Positions 26,830 through 36,902 of a DNA stretch of 53,636 nt are shown piece after piece. Position 1 is the first letter of the stretch; every line of letters starts with the position of its first letter. The notes under the pieces were generated by a model. It made no database searches, was not told the origin of the DNA, and saw only the letters and a list, made by a program, of their open reading frames with translations. A program made the position numbers and the translations under genes. The stretch lies in contig CAXFIU010000004.1 of NCBI GenBank assembly GCA_964003245.1, positions 1-53,636 of the forward strand, written 5' to 3'. Source of the DNA: an uncultured Candidatus Poseidoniales archaeon. Lineage in GTDB: Archaea; Thermoplasmatota; Poseidoniia; Poseidoniales; Thalassarchaeaceae.

Positions 26830-27927
26830 TTACTCAAGGTATCCTCCAATAAGTCCTAAGTCAGAGATTACTAATATAGCTACGGCTTCAACTACAGGTA
26901 CAGCTCGAGGACCTAGTACTGGGTCATGCCTTCCGTGAACCTTGAGTGGCTTTTTCTCACCACTAGGGAGGTGTAAAGTTGATTGTTCTCTAGCTAAGCT
27001 ACTAGGTGGCTTGAAATGGACTACGACCCTGATAGCAGCACTTGTTGAACGACCCCCCAATGCACCATCTGCATCGCCTGATTCTGAGCCATCAAGGATT
27101 GGATTGCCATTTTCTAAAGACCATGCGTCATTATTCTCTGAACCTCGCATTTTTGACGTAGCAAATCCATGTGAAAACTCAACCGCTCTAGCACCGGGAA
27201 TAGCCATTAGACCTCGTGCTAATGCCGGTTCGATACCGTCAAACCATGGCTCACCAACTCCAATTGGAAGTCCTTCTACCAATAATTCAACAGTTGATCC
27301 GATTGAGTCAAGATCTTTTCTTACAGAGTCAAGTAAGTCAGACATTGCAGAAACAGATTCTGGATCCCTGCAATTCAATCTTGACATATCAGTTCCTTGT
27401 TTTAATGGAGATTTTCTATCTAATTCAAATAATGGTTTAGATGAAATATCTCCAACACTGGATAAATGAGCAGTACAAGACCAACCTGCAGAATCAAGTA
27501 AACTTCTGGCTTGACTTCCTGCTGCTACCAGTCCAAAGGTAAGTCTTGCAGATTGTGAACCACCACCACGTAAATCACTGGCACCATCTGATCGAATATG
27601 TTCAACCATATCTGCATGTCCAGGACGAGGGTGATCCGGTAAAAATGAGTAATCTTTTGAGCGGACATCTGAATTATAAGTTATCAAAAGTATAGGCCAT
27701 CCAGTCGCTAATCCATCATGTACTCCTGACATAATCTCACAATTATCAATCTCTGCTCTTGTAGAGAGGCCTTTACGCCCAGGTTTTCTCCTATTTATGA
27801 AATCTAAAAGAGCATCGTTGTCGATTTTAGTACCAGCAGGTAGACCTTCTAATAATGCACCTACACACCTACCATGACTTTCGCCAAAAAGAGTCACGCG
27901 TAGGCGCTCCCCAATCCTCATGCTCAT
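26830..27927 (-). CDS. aroC: Chorismate synthase
   Basis: FGESHG, RPGHAD, RGGGSQSARLT, GALGG, FKPPSS and GRHDP. Confidence 0.95.
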   Translation of the reverse strand: MSMRIGERLRVTLFGESHGRCVGALLEGLPAGTKIDNDALLDFINRRKPGRKGLSTRAEIDNCEIMSGVHDGLATGWPILLITYNSDVRSKDYSFLPDHPRPGHADMVEHIRSDGASDLRGGGSQSARLTFGLVAAGSQARSLLDSAGWSCTAHLSSVGDISSKPLFELDRKSPLKQGTDMSRLNCRDPESVSAMSDLLDSVRKDLDSIGSTVELLVEGLPIGVGEPWFDGIEPALARGLMAIPGARAVEFSHGFATSKMRGSENNDAWSLENGNPILDGSESGDADGALGGRSTSAAIRVVVHFKPPSSLAREQSTLHLPSGEKKPLKVHGRHDPVLGPRAVPVVEAVAILVISDLGLIGGYLE

Positions 27928-28778
27928 CAAATCAACTCCGGAAAATTATTATCAATAAAATTTGTTTCAATAATCTCATAACCCGAATTATAGAGAACTT
28001 TACGAATTGTTTCTGAGTCTTGAATGAAACTTACAACAGAAATTGAAGGCCCCGACCCACTAATACCTGCCGCAATAGCTCCTTTAGCAATCAATTTATT
28101 GCAAATTCTAACTGCCTCGTCATCTTCTGTTGCAGCAGCCACTGCCATACCATTAGTCGAAATTGCTTGAAAAATAGAGTCTTTGAAAATTGAATCTAAT
28201 GCACGTTCAAAAATTCTCGATTGTTCTTTAAAGCTACTAACTTTTACAATATTTGATCTACTTCCTCTTAGAATTAAAAATATAATCATTTCATCTTCAA
28301 TTTTCCCTTCTAAAATTACCGATTCAGAAGCAGACTTTTTTGGATCAACTAATTTCCATCCACTTGATATCGAAGCCCAAGTGTCGTCCATACTACCAGT
28401 AATTGTACAGCCACATTTTCGTTGTGAAGAGACTGCAATATCAACTATTTCAGATTCATTAAGACCAGCCCAAGTGGCCTCATTCAATGCTTTAATTGCT
28501 GCACAAGAAATTGCTGAACTTGATTTTAAACCTTGACCAATTGGAATTTCTGAAGAAACTTGCCAACCATATTTATCTGGTAAGGGAAAACCATGTTCTT
28601 TCCAAACCATTTCTATTGATTGGAATAATTGATGAAAATCATCTTTTATTTCTTGTGGCTCTGAAACTAATTTTACTTTTGCCTTAAGATTAATCCCTAT
28701 AGAACAACCTTTGTCTAGACCTAAAGCGTGCAATATTGAAATTGCTGCATTGGATTCCGCTTCGGCTAGAATATTCAT
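27927..28778 (-). CDS. aroK: Archaeal GHMP-type shikimate kinase
   Basis: SEIPIGQGLKSSSA, TITGSMDD and GISGSGPS. Sits between aroB' and aroC. Confidence 0.9.
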   Translation of the reverse strand: MNILAEAESNAAISILHALGLDKGCSIGINLKAKVKLVSEPQEIKDDFHQLFQSIEMVWKEHGFPLPDKYGWQVSSEIPIGQGLKSSSAISCAAIKALNEATWAGLNESEIVDIAVSSQRKCGCTITGSMDDTWASISSGWKLVDPKKSASESVILEGKIEDEMIIFLILRGSRSNIVKVSSFKEQSRIFERALDSIFKDSIFQAISTNGMAVAAATEDDEAVRICNKLIAKGAIAAGISGSGPSISVVSFIQDSETIRKVLYNSGYEIIETNFIDNNFPELI

Positions 28779-29728
28779 TTTTCAGTCATCTCCCCCTCAA
28801 TTGCTTTCCCAATATGCCTCATTTGATTCTGATGTCGAATTATTATTTCATCATTAATTTCCAAATCAGTAACTGATAATGCATTTCCGAATTTATCTAT
28901 TAATCTAACCGTTTCTGCCTGTTGTAATATTATTTGACCAACTTCCTCATTTTTTGCTTTGAATCTGATAATTAGGAATGGTCTTCTTTCAATCTTTAAT
29001 CTTCCAATAATACAATTTCTTATATGGCCGGAGGAAGAAATAACTGCTACCTCATCTCCCGCTTTTAACTCAGAAAGGTACCGAGTTGAATTGTCCGACA
29101 TTAATACGTAAGAATGGACTGAGCCTGCATTAACCCTGAAGGGTCTTGAAGGAACAAATTGAGATTCTATTGTTTCCCCATGCACCAAAGCTAGTAAAGA
29201 AGCGTTAGAACCAATAACCATACCTTCACCAATTTCTAATCTTTCAATTAGATCAACACATACTCTTTCACCTACTCCACTAGAATCAATTGAGAATATT
29301 TGAGCAGTGGCCATCTCAACAACAGATGATGGTTTTTCATTATTTGAGATTTTTTTCGAAGCTATAACTGCAGCAGCATCCCATAATTCATTGTTACTCG
29401 CAGGCATCATTATTGCATCTACACCATGTTCAAGAGCAAATGCTGCTCCATTTAAATCAACAATTTTATCAATTGCGACAGATATTCTTGTTCCACTTCC
29501 TTGAGATATTGAGACTAGATTTTCTAAGGGTATCATTGTCCAATCAGAACATCTAACAAGTATCCAAGGTATCATACCAATCAAAGAAATCGCTTCTTCT
29601 TGAGAATTAGCATCATCAAGATAGATTTCTGCAACGTCAGAATCATTACCAGTCCATATTCTAGAACATAATTCATGAGGAGATTCCGAGTAAGAATCTT
29701 GCCAAAGTTCCACAATATCAACTCTCAA
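28775..29728 (-). CDS. aroB': 3-dehydroquinate synthase II (AroB')
   Basis: DWTMIPLENL, GERVCVD, RPFRVNAGSVHSY, YLSELKAGD, GRLKIERRP and LQQAETVRL. Confidence 0.93.
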   Translation of the reverse strand: MRVDIVELWQDSYSESPHELCSRIWTGNDSDVAEIYLDDANSQEEAISLIGMIPWILVRCSDWTMIPLENLVSISQGSGTRISVAIDKIVDLNGAAFALEHGVDAIMMPASNNELWDAAAVIASKKISNNEKPSSVVEMATAQIFSIDSSGVGERVCVDLIERLEIGEGMVIGSNASLLALVHGETIESQFVPSRPFRVNAGSVHSYVLMSDNSTRYLSELKAGDEVAVISSSGHIRNCIIGRLKIERRPFLIIRFKAKNEEVGQIILQQAETVRLIDKFGNALSVTDLEINDEIIIRHQNQMRHIGKAIEGEMTEK

Positions 29729-30515
29729 GTAATTTTGAAGCCTCGGAAGAAGTTGAATTTTCGTGAACGACCGCTCTCAGTGCTTCGACACAGGATCTCG
29801 GATTATTGGAGCCGAAAACTTGCCTCCCAATACATACTCCTGAACCACCTGCAGAAATTGCTAATTCCACAATTTCAAGTAGTTCAGTAAATGATATACC
29901 TCTGGGGCCACCAGAGATTAGAACTGGAATAGGTACTGCTTGACAAACTAATTTGAATGACTCGACATCTCCAGTCCACGGAACTTTGACAACATCACAT
30001 CCCAATTCCCAAGCCACTCTAGCGGCGTGTGCTACTCCGTTGGTTATATCTCCTGGTGCAATTTTTAGTAACGGACCTCGAGGATAAATCATTCCAAGAG
30101 TAGGAATTCCTAACGGTAATGCTTCACCAGTTAAATCTCCCATTTCTTTAATCATCTCAGATTCAAAAGGATCTCCAAGATTAATTTGTGCTGAAACAGC
30201 AGTAGCTCCGCGAATAAGGCACTCATCAGCAGTAGCTACCCTAACTTTGTATTGATCTTTTTCTCCAGCATTAACTGTAGAGACGGAAACATGGCAAACG
30301 AAATTACTCCATCCGATATTTTCTACAAAGTGACTCAAAACACCTTTCTGAAGAATAATTGCGTCTGCGCCACCAGAAATACAGGAAGAAACTAAATCAT
30401 CCATATTCTCAAGGCCTTTTTCAGGATATGCCGAAATCCCATGATCCATGGGTATCCAAACTCCTCTGCCATTAGGTAAAATCCTAGCAAGACGATCTAC
30501 AAGTCCTTCCACCAT
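29718..30515 (-). CDS. aroA': 2-amino-3,7-dideoxy-D-threo-hept-6-ulosonate synthase (AroA', DhnA-type aldolase)
   Basis: PMDHG, MIYPRG, HAARVAWELGCDVVKV (Schiff-base Lys), SGGP and IGRQVF. Directly upstream of aroB'. Confidence 0.85.
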   Translation of the reverse strand: MVEGLVDRLARILPNGRGVWIPMDHGISAYPEKGLENMDDLVSSCISGGADAIILQKGVLSHFVENIGWSNFVCHVSVSTVNAGEKDQYKVRVATADECLIRGATAVSAQINLGDPFESEMIKEMGDLTGEALPLGIPTLGMIYPRGPLLKIAPGDITNGVAHAARVAWELGCDVVKVPWTGDVESFKLVCQAVPIPVLISGGPRGISFTELLEIVELAISAGGSGVCIGRQVFGSNNPRSCVEALRAVVHENSTSSEASKLLES

Positions 30516-30588
30516 GATTCCTCGCCCGCTGTCTTACTCTTGAAATGTATCGTATTAAAAAAAAGAACAAAAATCTGAAAAATAGCAA

Positions 30589-31374
30589 TTAAATATCTAA
30601 ATCAATTATCAAAGGTGCATGATCAGAGACAGTAAGTCCTCCTTCTCTCAATATCCTTGCAGATTGGAAAATCTCCAATGCAGCATCATTAGCAAGAGCA
30701 TAATCTATTCTCCATCCCCTGTTTAGAGCTCTCGCTTGGCCTCTATTAGACCACCAAGAATATGGTCCCTTAACATCACCCGAATCAATCCTCAAAAGAT
30801 CATGCCAGCCAATTGAAAGAAATCTGGTGAACCATTCTCGTTCATGAATTAAGAAACCAGAAGTATTTCTATTACCTGATGGATTCCAAATATCATTTTC
30901 TGTATGTGCAATATTTAGATCTCCACAGAGCAAAACTGGTTCATCTAAGCCTACAAATTTCTTAGACCAAATAAGTAAGTCTTCTAACCATTGATCTTTA
31001 AATTTTTGTCTTTCAATATTAGCTCCACCATTGGGAAGATAAATATTGATACAATGAAGACCTCCATGTTTTGTATGAAGTACTCGCCCTTCAGAGTCAT
31101 CGACATCAATATTAGTAGATATTCCACGACCTTCTTCGGAAATTCCTATTCTTGACCAAGTTGAGACTCCAGAATATCCTTTTTTCTGAGCGGGGTGCCA
31201 AATAATTTCATGCCCACCTACTGGTTGCCAATCTTTAGGCATCTGTTCTGGCAAAGCTCTTACTTCTTGGAATAACCAAATATCGCTATCAATTTCATCG
31301 ATGAAATTATCAAGACCCTTTCGATTAGCAGCTCTAATTCCATTAAGGTTCCAAGTAACAATACGCATATTCAC
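30589..31374 (-). CDS. xth: Exodeoxyribonuclease III / AP endonuclease
   Basis: TWNLNGIRA, FQEV, GYSGV, EGR, YLPNG, GDLNIAH, YSWWS, GWRIDY and SDHAP. Confidence 0.95.
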   Translation of the reverse strand: MNMRIVTWNLNGIRAANRKGLDNFIDEIDSDIWLFQEVRALPEQMPKDWQPVGGHEIIWHPAQKKGYSGVSTWSRIGISEEGRGISTNIDVDDSEGRVLHTKHGGLHCINIYLPNGGANIERQKFKDQWLEDLLIWSKKFVGLDEPVLLCGDLNIAHTENDIWNPSGNRNTSGFLIHEREWFTRFLSIGWHDLLRIDSGDVKGPYSWWSNRGQARALNRGWRIDYALANDAALEIFQSARILREGGLTVSDHAPLIIDLDI

Positions 31375-31378
31375 ACCA

Positions 31379-33841
31379 TTAAGATAGATCTTTTACTTTC
31401 TCTATTAAATCCATATTTCTAAGTCTCCAAATACCAATTGGAACCATGGCAACTGCAATTACTAACACTATGGCCATAAGTTGGTATGCAACACTAGGTA
31501 TGAGAACAACAGGGAAGTAGAATTGCCAAGTGGAAAATGATGCAGCTAAACCTACTGCTCCACCAAAGGCAAAAAGAATCCCGAAAAGACCACCGATTAG
31601 TCCAATTAGTAAACTTTCGAATAATAGCATGATTGTCAAACTCTTTGTTGACGCACCTAAAACTCTGAGTGTGGCAAGTTCAAAATCTCTCTCGGCAATA
31701 TTCATTACCATCGTGTTGAACATTACTGCAAGTGTGAATAAAACTCCTAAGCCCATAATTGCTGTGAAAATTTGAGTCTGTTGCTCTAAAAGAACTTCAA
31801 TACCTCTTATCATCGTATTTCTTTCTTGCACTCCACTAGATATTTCACCTAATTCTTCATCGACTGCAATACCTTCGGGTAAATCAAGATAAACAGCAGT
31901 GGCATTTATGCCCATAATCTCAGCTAAGTCAGTTTGAAAAAAGAACATTGTACGAGCAAATTCACCCCTTACAGAACCAACAATTTCAACTTCTACATCA
32001 TTTCCAGAAATTGAGATAGTTCGCTTTTCACCAACATCCCAGCCACTCATTTCCAGCGAACCTTCATCCATTAATACTTGAACTAAAGACAATCCAGGAA
32101 TTGGATTTAAACCTTCAATTAAGTTTGTTTCCCTCATAGATTCACCGTCTTTAAATCCACCTAAACCAACCAAAATAAAATTCCTTTGTAAATCAGAGGA
32201 ATCTATCAAAGTTCCTGTAGGTGCCTCTATGATTATCTCATATGAAGCACCATTTTCTTCGGCCCATTCAATTACTGAACCTTCACTATCTGGTTGTACG
32301 TAGACTTGTGCATCCCAAGTTTGGCCCTCTTTTAGGCCATCCACTATCGTATCAGTAAGGCCAACTGACATCATTTGAATGGAACCAGCAAGCATTAGTG
32401 ATATCCCTATAGCTAGAAATGTCATCAAAAGTCTATGTGGTTTTCTAAGACTTGAACGTAAAGAAAGACCCATTAGAGTTGGCATCCAACTTGTTATATT
32501 ACGTAATAATTCTGAACCCATTCTAATTTCTGAGTTGCCACTTAGAACTTCTAATGGCTCTATTGTTGTAGCCTTGAAGGCAGGATATACTCCTGAAATG
32601 AATACAATTAACATAGTTATTCCAATTGTCGATAAATATACATCATTTGGAATGTCTCTATCAATAATTGGTAAACCGACTATTCCTTCATAGAAATCCA
32701 ACATTGCATTCATCCCAATCGGACCTGAAAGCACACCTAATACACACCCATAGGATCCAATTACAAGAGGAGCAATAAGATATCCAGACATTATTGATTT
32801 ACGAGGCACCCCCAAAGTTCTGAGAATGGCTATTTCACGTGTCTGACTTTGAACAAGTCTCTGAAGACTCAAAGCAATTGTTATAGCGGCAATAAATTGG
32901 ATTAATACAGTAAATGGTGCAGCCATCTTTTTTGCACCTTCCAAATCCTGTCTCATTAATTCAACAGACTCTACTTGTCCACGATCACGTATACGGCCAT
33001 CTAATCCAGTTTCTTCTAAAGAAGTAATTACAGATTCTTTGAAAACATCCATATCGTCTCCTTCATATTCTTCAGTATCAGAAAGATCGAAAGAAGGTGT
33101 TCCTTCGATATCAAGCATTACATTATTAGCCGAACCAAGAGGTAAACCAGTGAGCCTTTGCATACCAATTTCAGACAAATAACCAACAACAAATTTACCT
33201 GATTCAGGAGGGAAAAGTGAACCCTCAGGAGCCATATAAATATGCATTGGATGATAAGCAAAACCAACTATTGTGAAATTCATACTTCCTTCACCTATTC
33301 CTATACTGACCACGTCTTGTAATTCCAAAGAAAGAGCTTCTTTAACATGGGCATCGATTACTATATCCGTTTCAGAAAAGGACGAAGTGCCCTCAGAGTA
33401 TCCTTCGGGAAACCAAATTTTATTTATTTCGGAATCCGGTGGAATTCCATGCCAAACAGAATTAATCACATGGTTTCCTGTTTTATTGTTATGAAACATT
33501 GCTCCACTAAGAACTAGTCTACCTTCGCAACCATCTAATTCTTCTGAATTACTAGGCCAAGAAGAGTTAATCTCAGAACATAAAGATTCTACTTCATCTG
33601 ATGACCAAATTGTACTGCTATTATCAATCCACAAATCAGCCAAATTAGTACCCGATTCACTATCTTCGTAAATTGAATCATACATTGGACCGAGATTCGC
33701 AGCATATCCGCCAAATGTGATACCAGCAAAAACACCGACAAATATCATTCCTGTAACGGCAGTTAATCTTATCCTAGTACCCCATAAACTCCTAGCAAGT
33801 CGTTTATTCAACAGATTAGTTTTATTTTCTAATGAAAACAT
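31379..33841 (-). CDS. FtsX/MacB-like ABC transporter permease (two repeats)
   Basis: Duplicated REIAILRTLG / RDFELATLRVLG motifs and two large extracellular domains. Confidence 0.88.
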   Translation of the reverse strand: MFSLENKTNLLNKRLARSLWGTRIRLTAVTGMIFVGVFAGITFGGYAANLGPMYDSIYEDSESGTNLADLWIDNSSTIWSSDEVESLCSEINSSWPSNSEELDGCEGRLVLSGAMFHNNKTGNHVINSVWHGIPPDSEINKIWFPEGYSEGTSSFSETDIVIDAHVKEALSLELQDVVSIGIGEGSMNFTIVGFAYHPMHIYMAPEGSLFPPESGKFVVGYLSEIGMQRLTGLPLGSANNVMLDIEGTPSFDLSDTEEYEGDDMDVFKESVITSLEETGLDGRIRDRGQVESVELMRQDLEGAKKMAAPFTVLIQFIAAITIALSLQRLVQSQTREIAILRTLGVPRKSIMSGYLIAPLVIGSYGCVLGVLSGPIGMNAMLDFYEGIVGLPIIDRDIPNDVYLSTIGITMLIVFISGVYPAFKATTIEPLEVLSGNSEIRMGSELLRNITSWMPTLMGLSLRSSLRKPHRLLMTFLAIGISLMLAGSIQMMSVGLTDTIVDGLKEGQTWDAQVYVQPDSEGSVIEWAEENGASYEIIIEAPTGTLIDSSDLQRNFILVGLGGFKDGESMRETNLIEGLNPIPGLSLVQVLMDEGSLEMSGWDVGEKRTISISGNDVEVEIVGSVRGEFARTMFFFQTDLAEIMGINATAVYLDLPEGIAVDEELGEISSGVQERNTMIRGIEVLLEQQTQIFTAIMGLGVLFTLAVMFNTMVMNIAERDFELATLRVLGASTKSLTIMLLFESLLIGLIGGLFGILFAFGGAVGLAASFSTWQFYFPVVLIPSVAYQLMAIVLVIAVAMVPIGIWRLRNMDLIEKVKDLS

Positions 33842-33857
33842 AATCTCATCTCACGAT

Positions 33858-34550
33858 TTATTCCGACCATGGTAAAACTTTTTCATCAGACTGTATTTTT
33901 CCACTATCAATTCTAATCACTCTAGTCCCATATCTAATTAATGATTCATCATGCGTAACTAGTACAGCAGTAATATTCTCTTTTTCACAAACTTCTACTA
34001 AAACTTGCATTACTTTCGAGGAAGTTTCAGTATCAAGATTTCCAGTAAGTTCATCACCCAATAAGAGAGTAGGTTTCTTTGCTATACTACGAGCTATTGC
34101 GACCCTTTGTTGTTGACCACCACTAATTTCTCCAGGGAATCTATCTTTCTCACTCTCTAAACCTACCATTTTCAATAAATCGATAGCTCTAGATTGATCC
34201 TTATTACCGGCGAGTTCCTGAATAAGAGAAATATTCTCAAGTACGGTCAAATCTTGTAGTAAATTGAAGAATTGGAAAACATATCCTATATTCTCGCGAC
34301 GAAAGGAAGTCATGTCTTCTGATCGATTTCTAGGAACTTCAGAACCCTGGAACACATATGAACCACCTGTGGGACTATCTAATGCAGATAGACAATTCAA
34401 AAGAGTTGTCTTTCCTGAACCGGAGGGCCCTAAGAGTATGACTCTCTCTCCTTCGGAAATCTCAATATTGATACCATCAAGAGCCTTTACTACACCGGCA
34501 GGAGTAGAATAAAAACGCTGTATATTTTTCATTTCTAATAATTTATCCAT
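33858..34550 (-). CDS. ABC ATP-binding protein (LolD/MacB-type)
   Basis: GPSGSGKT, GYVFQFFNL, ISGGQQQRVAIAR, DELTGNLD and VTHD. Confidence 0.93.
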   Translation of the reverse strand: MDKLLEMKNIQRFYSTPAGVVKALDGINIEISEGERVILLGPSGSGKTTLLNCLSALDSPTGGSYVFQGSEVPRNRSEDMTSFRRENIGYVFQFFNLLQDLTVLENISLIQELAGNKDQSRAIDLLKMVGLESEKDRFPGEISGGQQQRVAIARSIAKKPTLLLGDELTGNLDTETSSKVMQVLVEVCEKENITAVLVTHDESLIRYGTRVIRIDSGKIQSDEKVLPWSE

Positions 34551-34576
34551 ATTTTCACCTTTTTATTTTATTATTG

Positions 34577-36625
34577 TTAATTAGATGTTGCAAAAAATGC
34601 CATTGACTCTCTGAAAAGTTCTTCTCTTCTCCTTCTTTTATTTCTTCTAAGATGTAGGAAAGTAAAGACAAAAGCTAGTAAAATTACGAATGGTATGAAA
34701 GTTTGTGCATGGTATTTTTCCATGAATTCTATTATACCTCTTGCAGTATAGGCCCAAGTAATAGATGCCGCTGAACCTCCTATTAGACAAGCAAGTAAAA
34801 CCCGCCTGAAACGCATTCTAGCTACAAGGCCTAACATAGCACCTACCAATACACCACTAGCCATGAACGGTATCCATACAAATACAATTAAACCCCAAAA
34901 TCCATATTTATCTATTCTAGATCTATTGGAATGGGCTACATATTCTACCGAAGATAAAATATCGCCCATAAATGGGTTTTGTAATAATACTCCTGTGATG
35001 CCTGCTTGTTTTGCAACCATTGCCTCACCAACTAAATCATCTTGATTGGCGCCAAGTTCAACTCTTCCTGCTACTGCTCTGTCTGAGAGAGTTGCCTTTT
35101 CGTTTCGAGCACTAACGATTAATTCCCTATTACCTAATGAATCATCTAAATTCTCTATAATAAAATCATTTAGATCATCTTGCATATCAATAAATGACTT
35201 TCGGTAAAGGAAATAAGAAAACTTCATCATAGGAGTATAAATAACTCTGATTAGAACTGAATCTTCATCAACAATTATGGCACTCCCATAGTCAAGAAGA
35301 TTATGTTTCTTGAACCATTTATCTAGGATATGAATAATTTCTTCTTCCAATTTACCATTGGCACCAAGACCTGAGAAAAACATACTATAATCTTCGGACA
35401 AAGGACTTCGCTCAGAAAGAACTAGTGAAAGATCGCTTGAAAGAATGAATTCATTATTATGAGTATTTTTGCCATCTAAGCATATTGATTTAATTTGGAG
35501 TGGCCTCATCTCACCAAAAATAGAGAATTCTTCAAGTAAATCTTTAGTCAATCTAGCACGAATATCTGTGGCCTCTCCAATTGTCTTTTTTGTAGTCTTA
35601 TATGGAATAATAATATCAATCGAAATTGCTCGTTCTTGCATCTTCAATTCATCAAAATCTATCCTTATTCGGAGATTTCCTTCCGATTTGATGAGAGTTC
35701 TTTCAATAAGACGGAAGAGTTGTTTTTTAGTCAATATGTCATCAGTATCACGATGATACATACGGTGCATTAGCGGATATTGAACACATAAGAAGAAGAT
35801 TGACATCCCTAAGGAGATTGAAGCCATCCACCAAGCTGGAACGCCTGCACTACCGCCTGTTAGCATCGCGGTTTCTCTACCGCCTGCCCATTCAGCAGCC
35901 ATTAAAGCCCAGCCCCAATAACCAAATTCTGTCATTGTGAAGCAAACCCTAGGTTCTGGATCAGATATCTCTAATGAATGACCCGACACCTCTAAATCTA
36001 CAATTTTCTCTTCACCATTTGCTTGGAGTAGCGATGAAACTTCATCGAAAGAAGATTTGTTTGTAACAATTAATTCATCGTCATCAGAACTTTGAAAAAT
36101 TTGAGCAGACAATAAATAATGACCGTCATTAATATCAGATTCTAGTTCGAACGATAAATCCACATTCCCCAATTCACTTTTGTAATACTCATAATATGGT
36201 TCTGATTCACTATAATTAGTAATTTTAACAACTAAAACCGAAAATTTATCCAATAAAACATTCTTTGACCTTATTCTCAAATCATCATGATTTTCAACAA
36301 ATATGCTGAAGGAGACCGCTCCCTGATTATCTACACATTCACCGCCTGTATCAAGAGGTGTTTTTGAAAGAGTTTCGTCTAAAATTATTGAGTCACCTGC
36401 AAACATACCCGAGGATAGAAGTGTAACTCCTCCGAAAAATACTATGCCAGCGATTAGCCCAAAAATTAATACAGCATCATCAAACGTTTTAGGGAATTTC
36501 TTATTTTTATCTGTTCGACGGAATCGAATCCTATCAAGTTCTTTGTCAATACTATTATTCTCAGGAGATATCTTAATCTCAGAAGAGGATTCTAATTCAG
36601 AAGACACGTTATCCTCTCCGTTCAC
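34577..36625 (-). CDS. Large membrane protein with small multi-drug export-like C-terminal domain
   Basis: C-terminal YGFWGLIVFVWIPFMASGVLVG motif resembles the small multi-drug export family. Also an N-terminal TM and an extracellular region. Confidence 0.6.
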   Translation of the reverse strand: MNGEDNVSSELESSSEIKISPENNSIDKELDRIRFRRTDKNKKFPKTFDDAVLIFGLIAGIVFFGGVTLLSSGMFAGDSIILDETLSKTPLDTGGECVDNQGAVSFSIFVENHDDLRIRSKNVLLDKFSVLVVKITNYSESEPYYEYYKSELGNVDLSFELESDINDGHYLLSAQIFQSSDDDELIVTNKSSFDEVSSLLQANGEEKIVDLEVSGHSLEISDPEPRVCFTMTEFGYWGWALMAAEWAGGRETAMLTGGSAGVPAWWMASISLGMSIFFLCVQYPLMHRMYHRDTDDILTKKQLFRLIERTLIKSEGNLRIRIDFDELKMQERAISIDIIIPYKTTKKTIGEATDIRARLTKDLLEEFSIFGEMRPLQIKSICLDGKNTHNNEFILSSDLSLVLSERSPLSEDYSMFFSGLGANGKLEEEIIHILDKWFKKHNLLDYGSAIIVDEDSVLIRVIYTPMMKFSYFLYRKSFIDMQDDLNDFIIENLDDSLGNRELIVSARNEKATLSDRAVAGRVELGANQDDLVGEAMVAKQAGITGVLLQNPFMGDILSSVEYVAHSNRSRIDKYGFWGLIVFVWIPFMASGVLVGAMLGLVARMRFRRVLLACLIGGSAASITWAYTARGIIEFMEKYHAQTFIPFVILLAFVFTFLHLRRNKRRRREELFRESMAFFATSN

Positions 36626-36713
36626 ATCACATGGAGAAAGACGAAGAACATTAAGTCAACGGTATAGCAATATATGGATGATTCATTAAAATCATCTCAA
36701 TGAAAGTAAAAAG

Positions 36714-36798
36714 TGGTGCAGGGGACAGGATTTGAACCTGCGAAGCACTACGCACTGGGACCTAAACCCAGCCCCTTTGACCACTCGGGTACCCCTGC
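36714..36798 (-). tRNA. tRNA-Leu (anticodon TAG), intronless, CCA encoded
   Basis: Minus strand GCAGGGGTACCCGAGTGGTCAAAGGGGCTGGGTTTAGGTCCCAGTGCGTAGTGCTTCGCAGGTTCAAATCCTGTCCCCTGCACCA. Acceptor GCAGGGG/CCCCTGC, anticodon arm CTGGG-TTTAGGT-CCCAG, long variable arm and GTTCAAATC T-loop. Confidence 0.96.
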
Positions 36799-36902
36799 TT
36801 GTATTCGCCGGAGAGCATTTGAGTCAAGAATGCAACGGATGAGCCCTTCTCAGACCCAAGGGTCTTAACCGGAAGTTAAAGCGAGCGAATTTGAGGGAGA
36901 CT

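Noticed and set aside
36714-36798. tRNA-Leu as the integration site of an iron genomic island
   Set aside because: No integrase or duplicated tRNA 3' end is visible, and the tRNA 3' end faces away from the iron genes.
36852-36865. AGACCC-AA-GGGTCT palindrome between tRNA-Leu and gpsA, and similar GAACCCTCT-like words near 1124, 13528 and 49250
   Set aside because: Short, with inconsistent position and orientation relative to starts, so it cannot be distinguished from chance.
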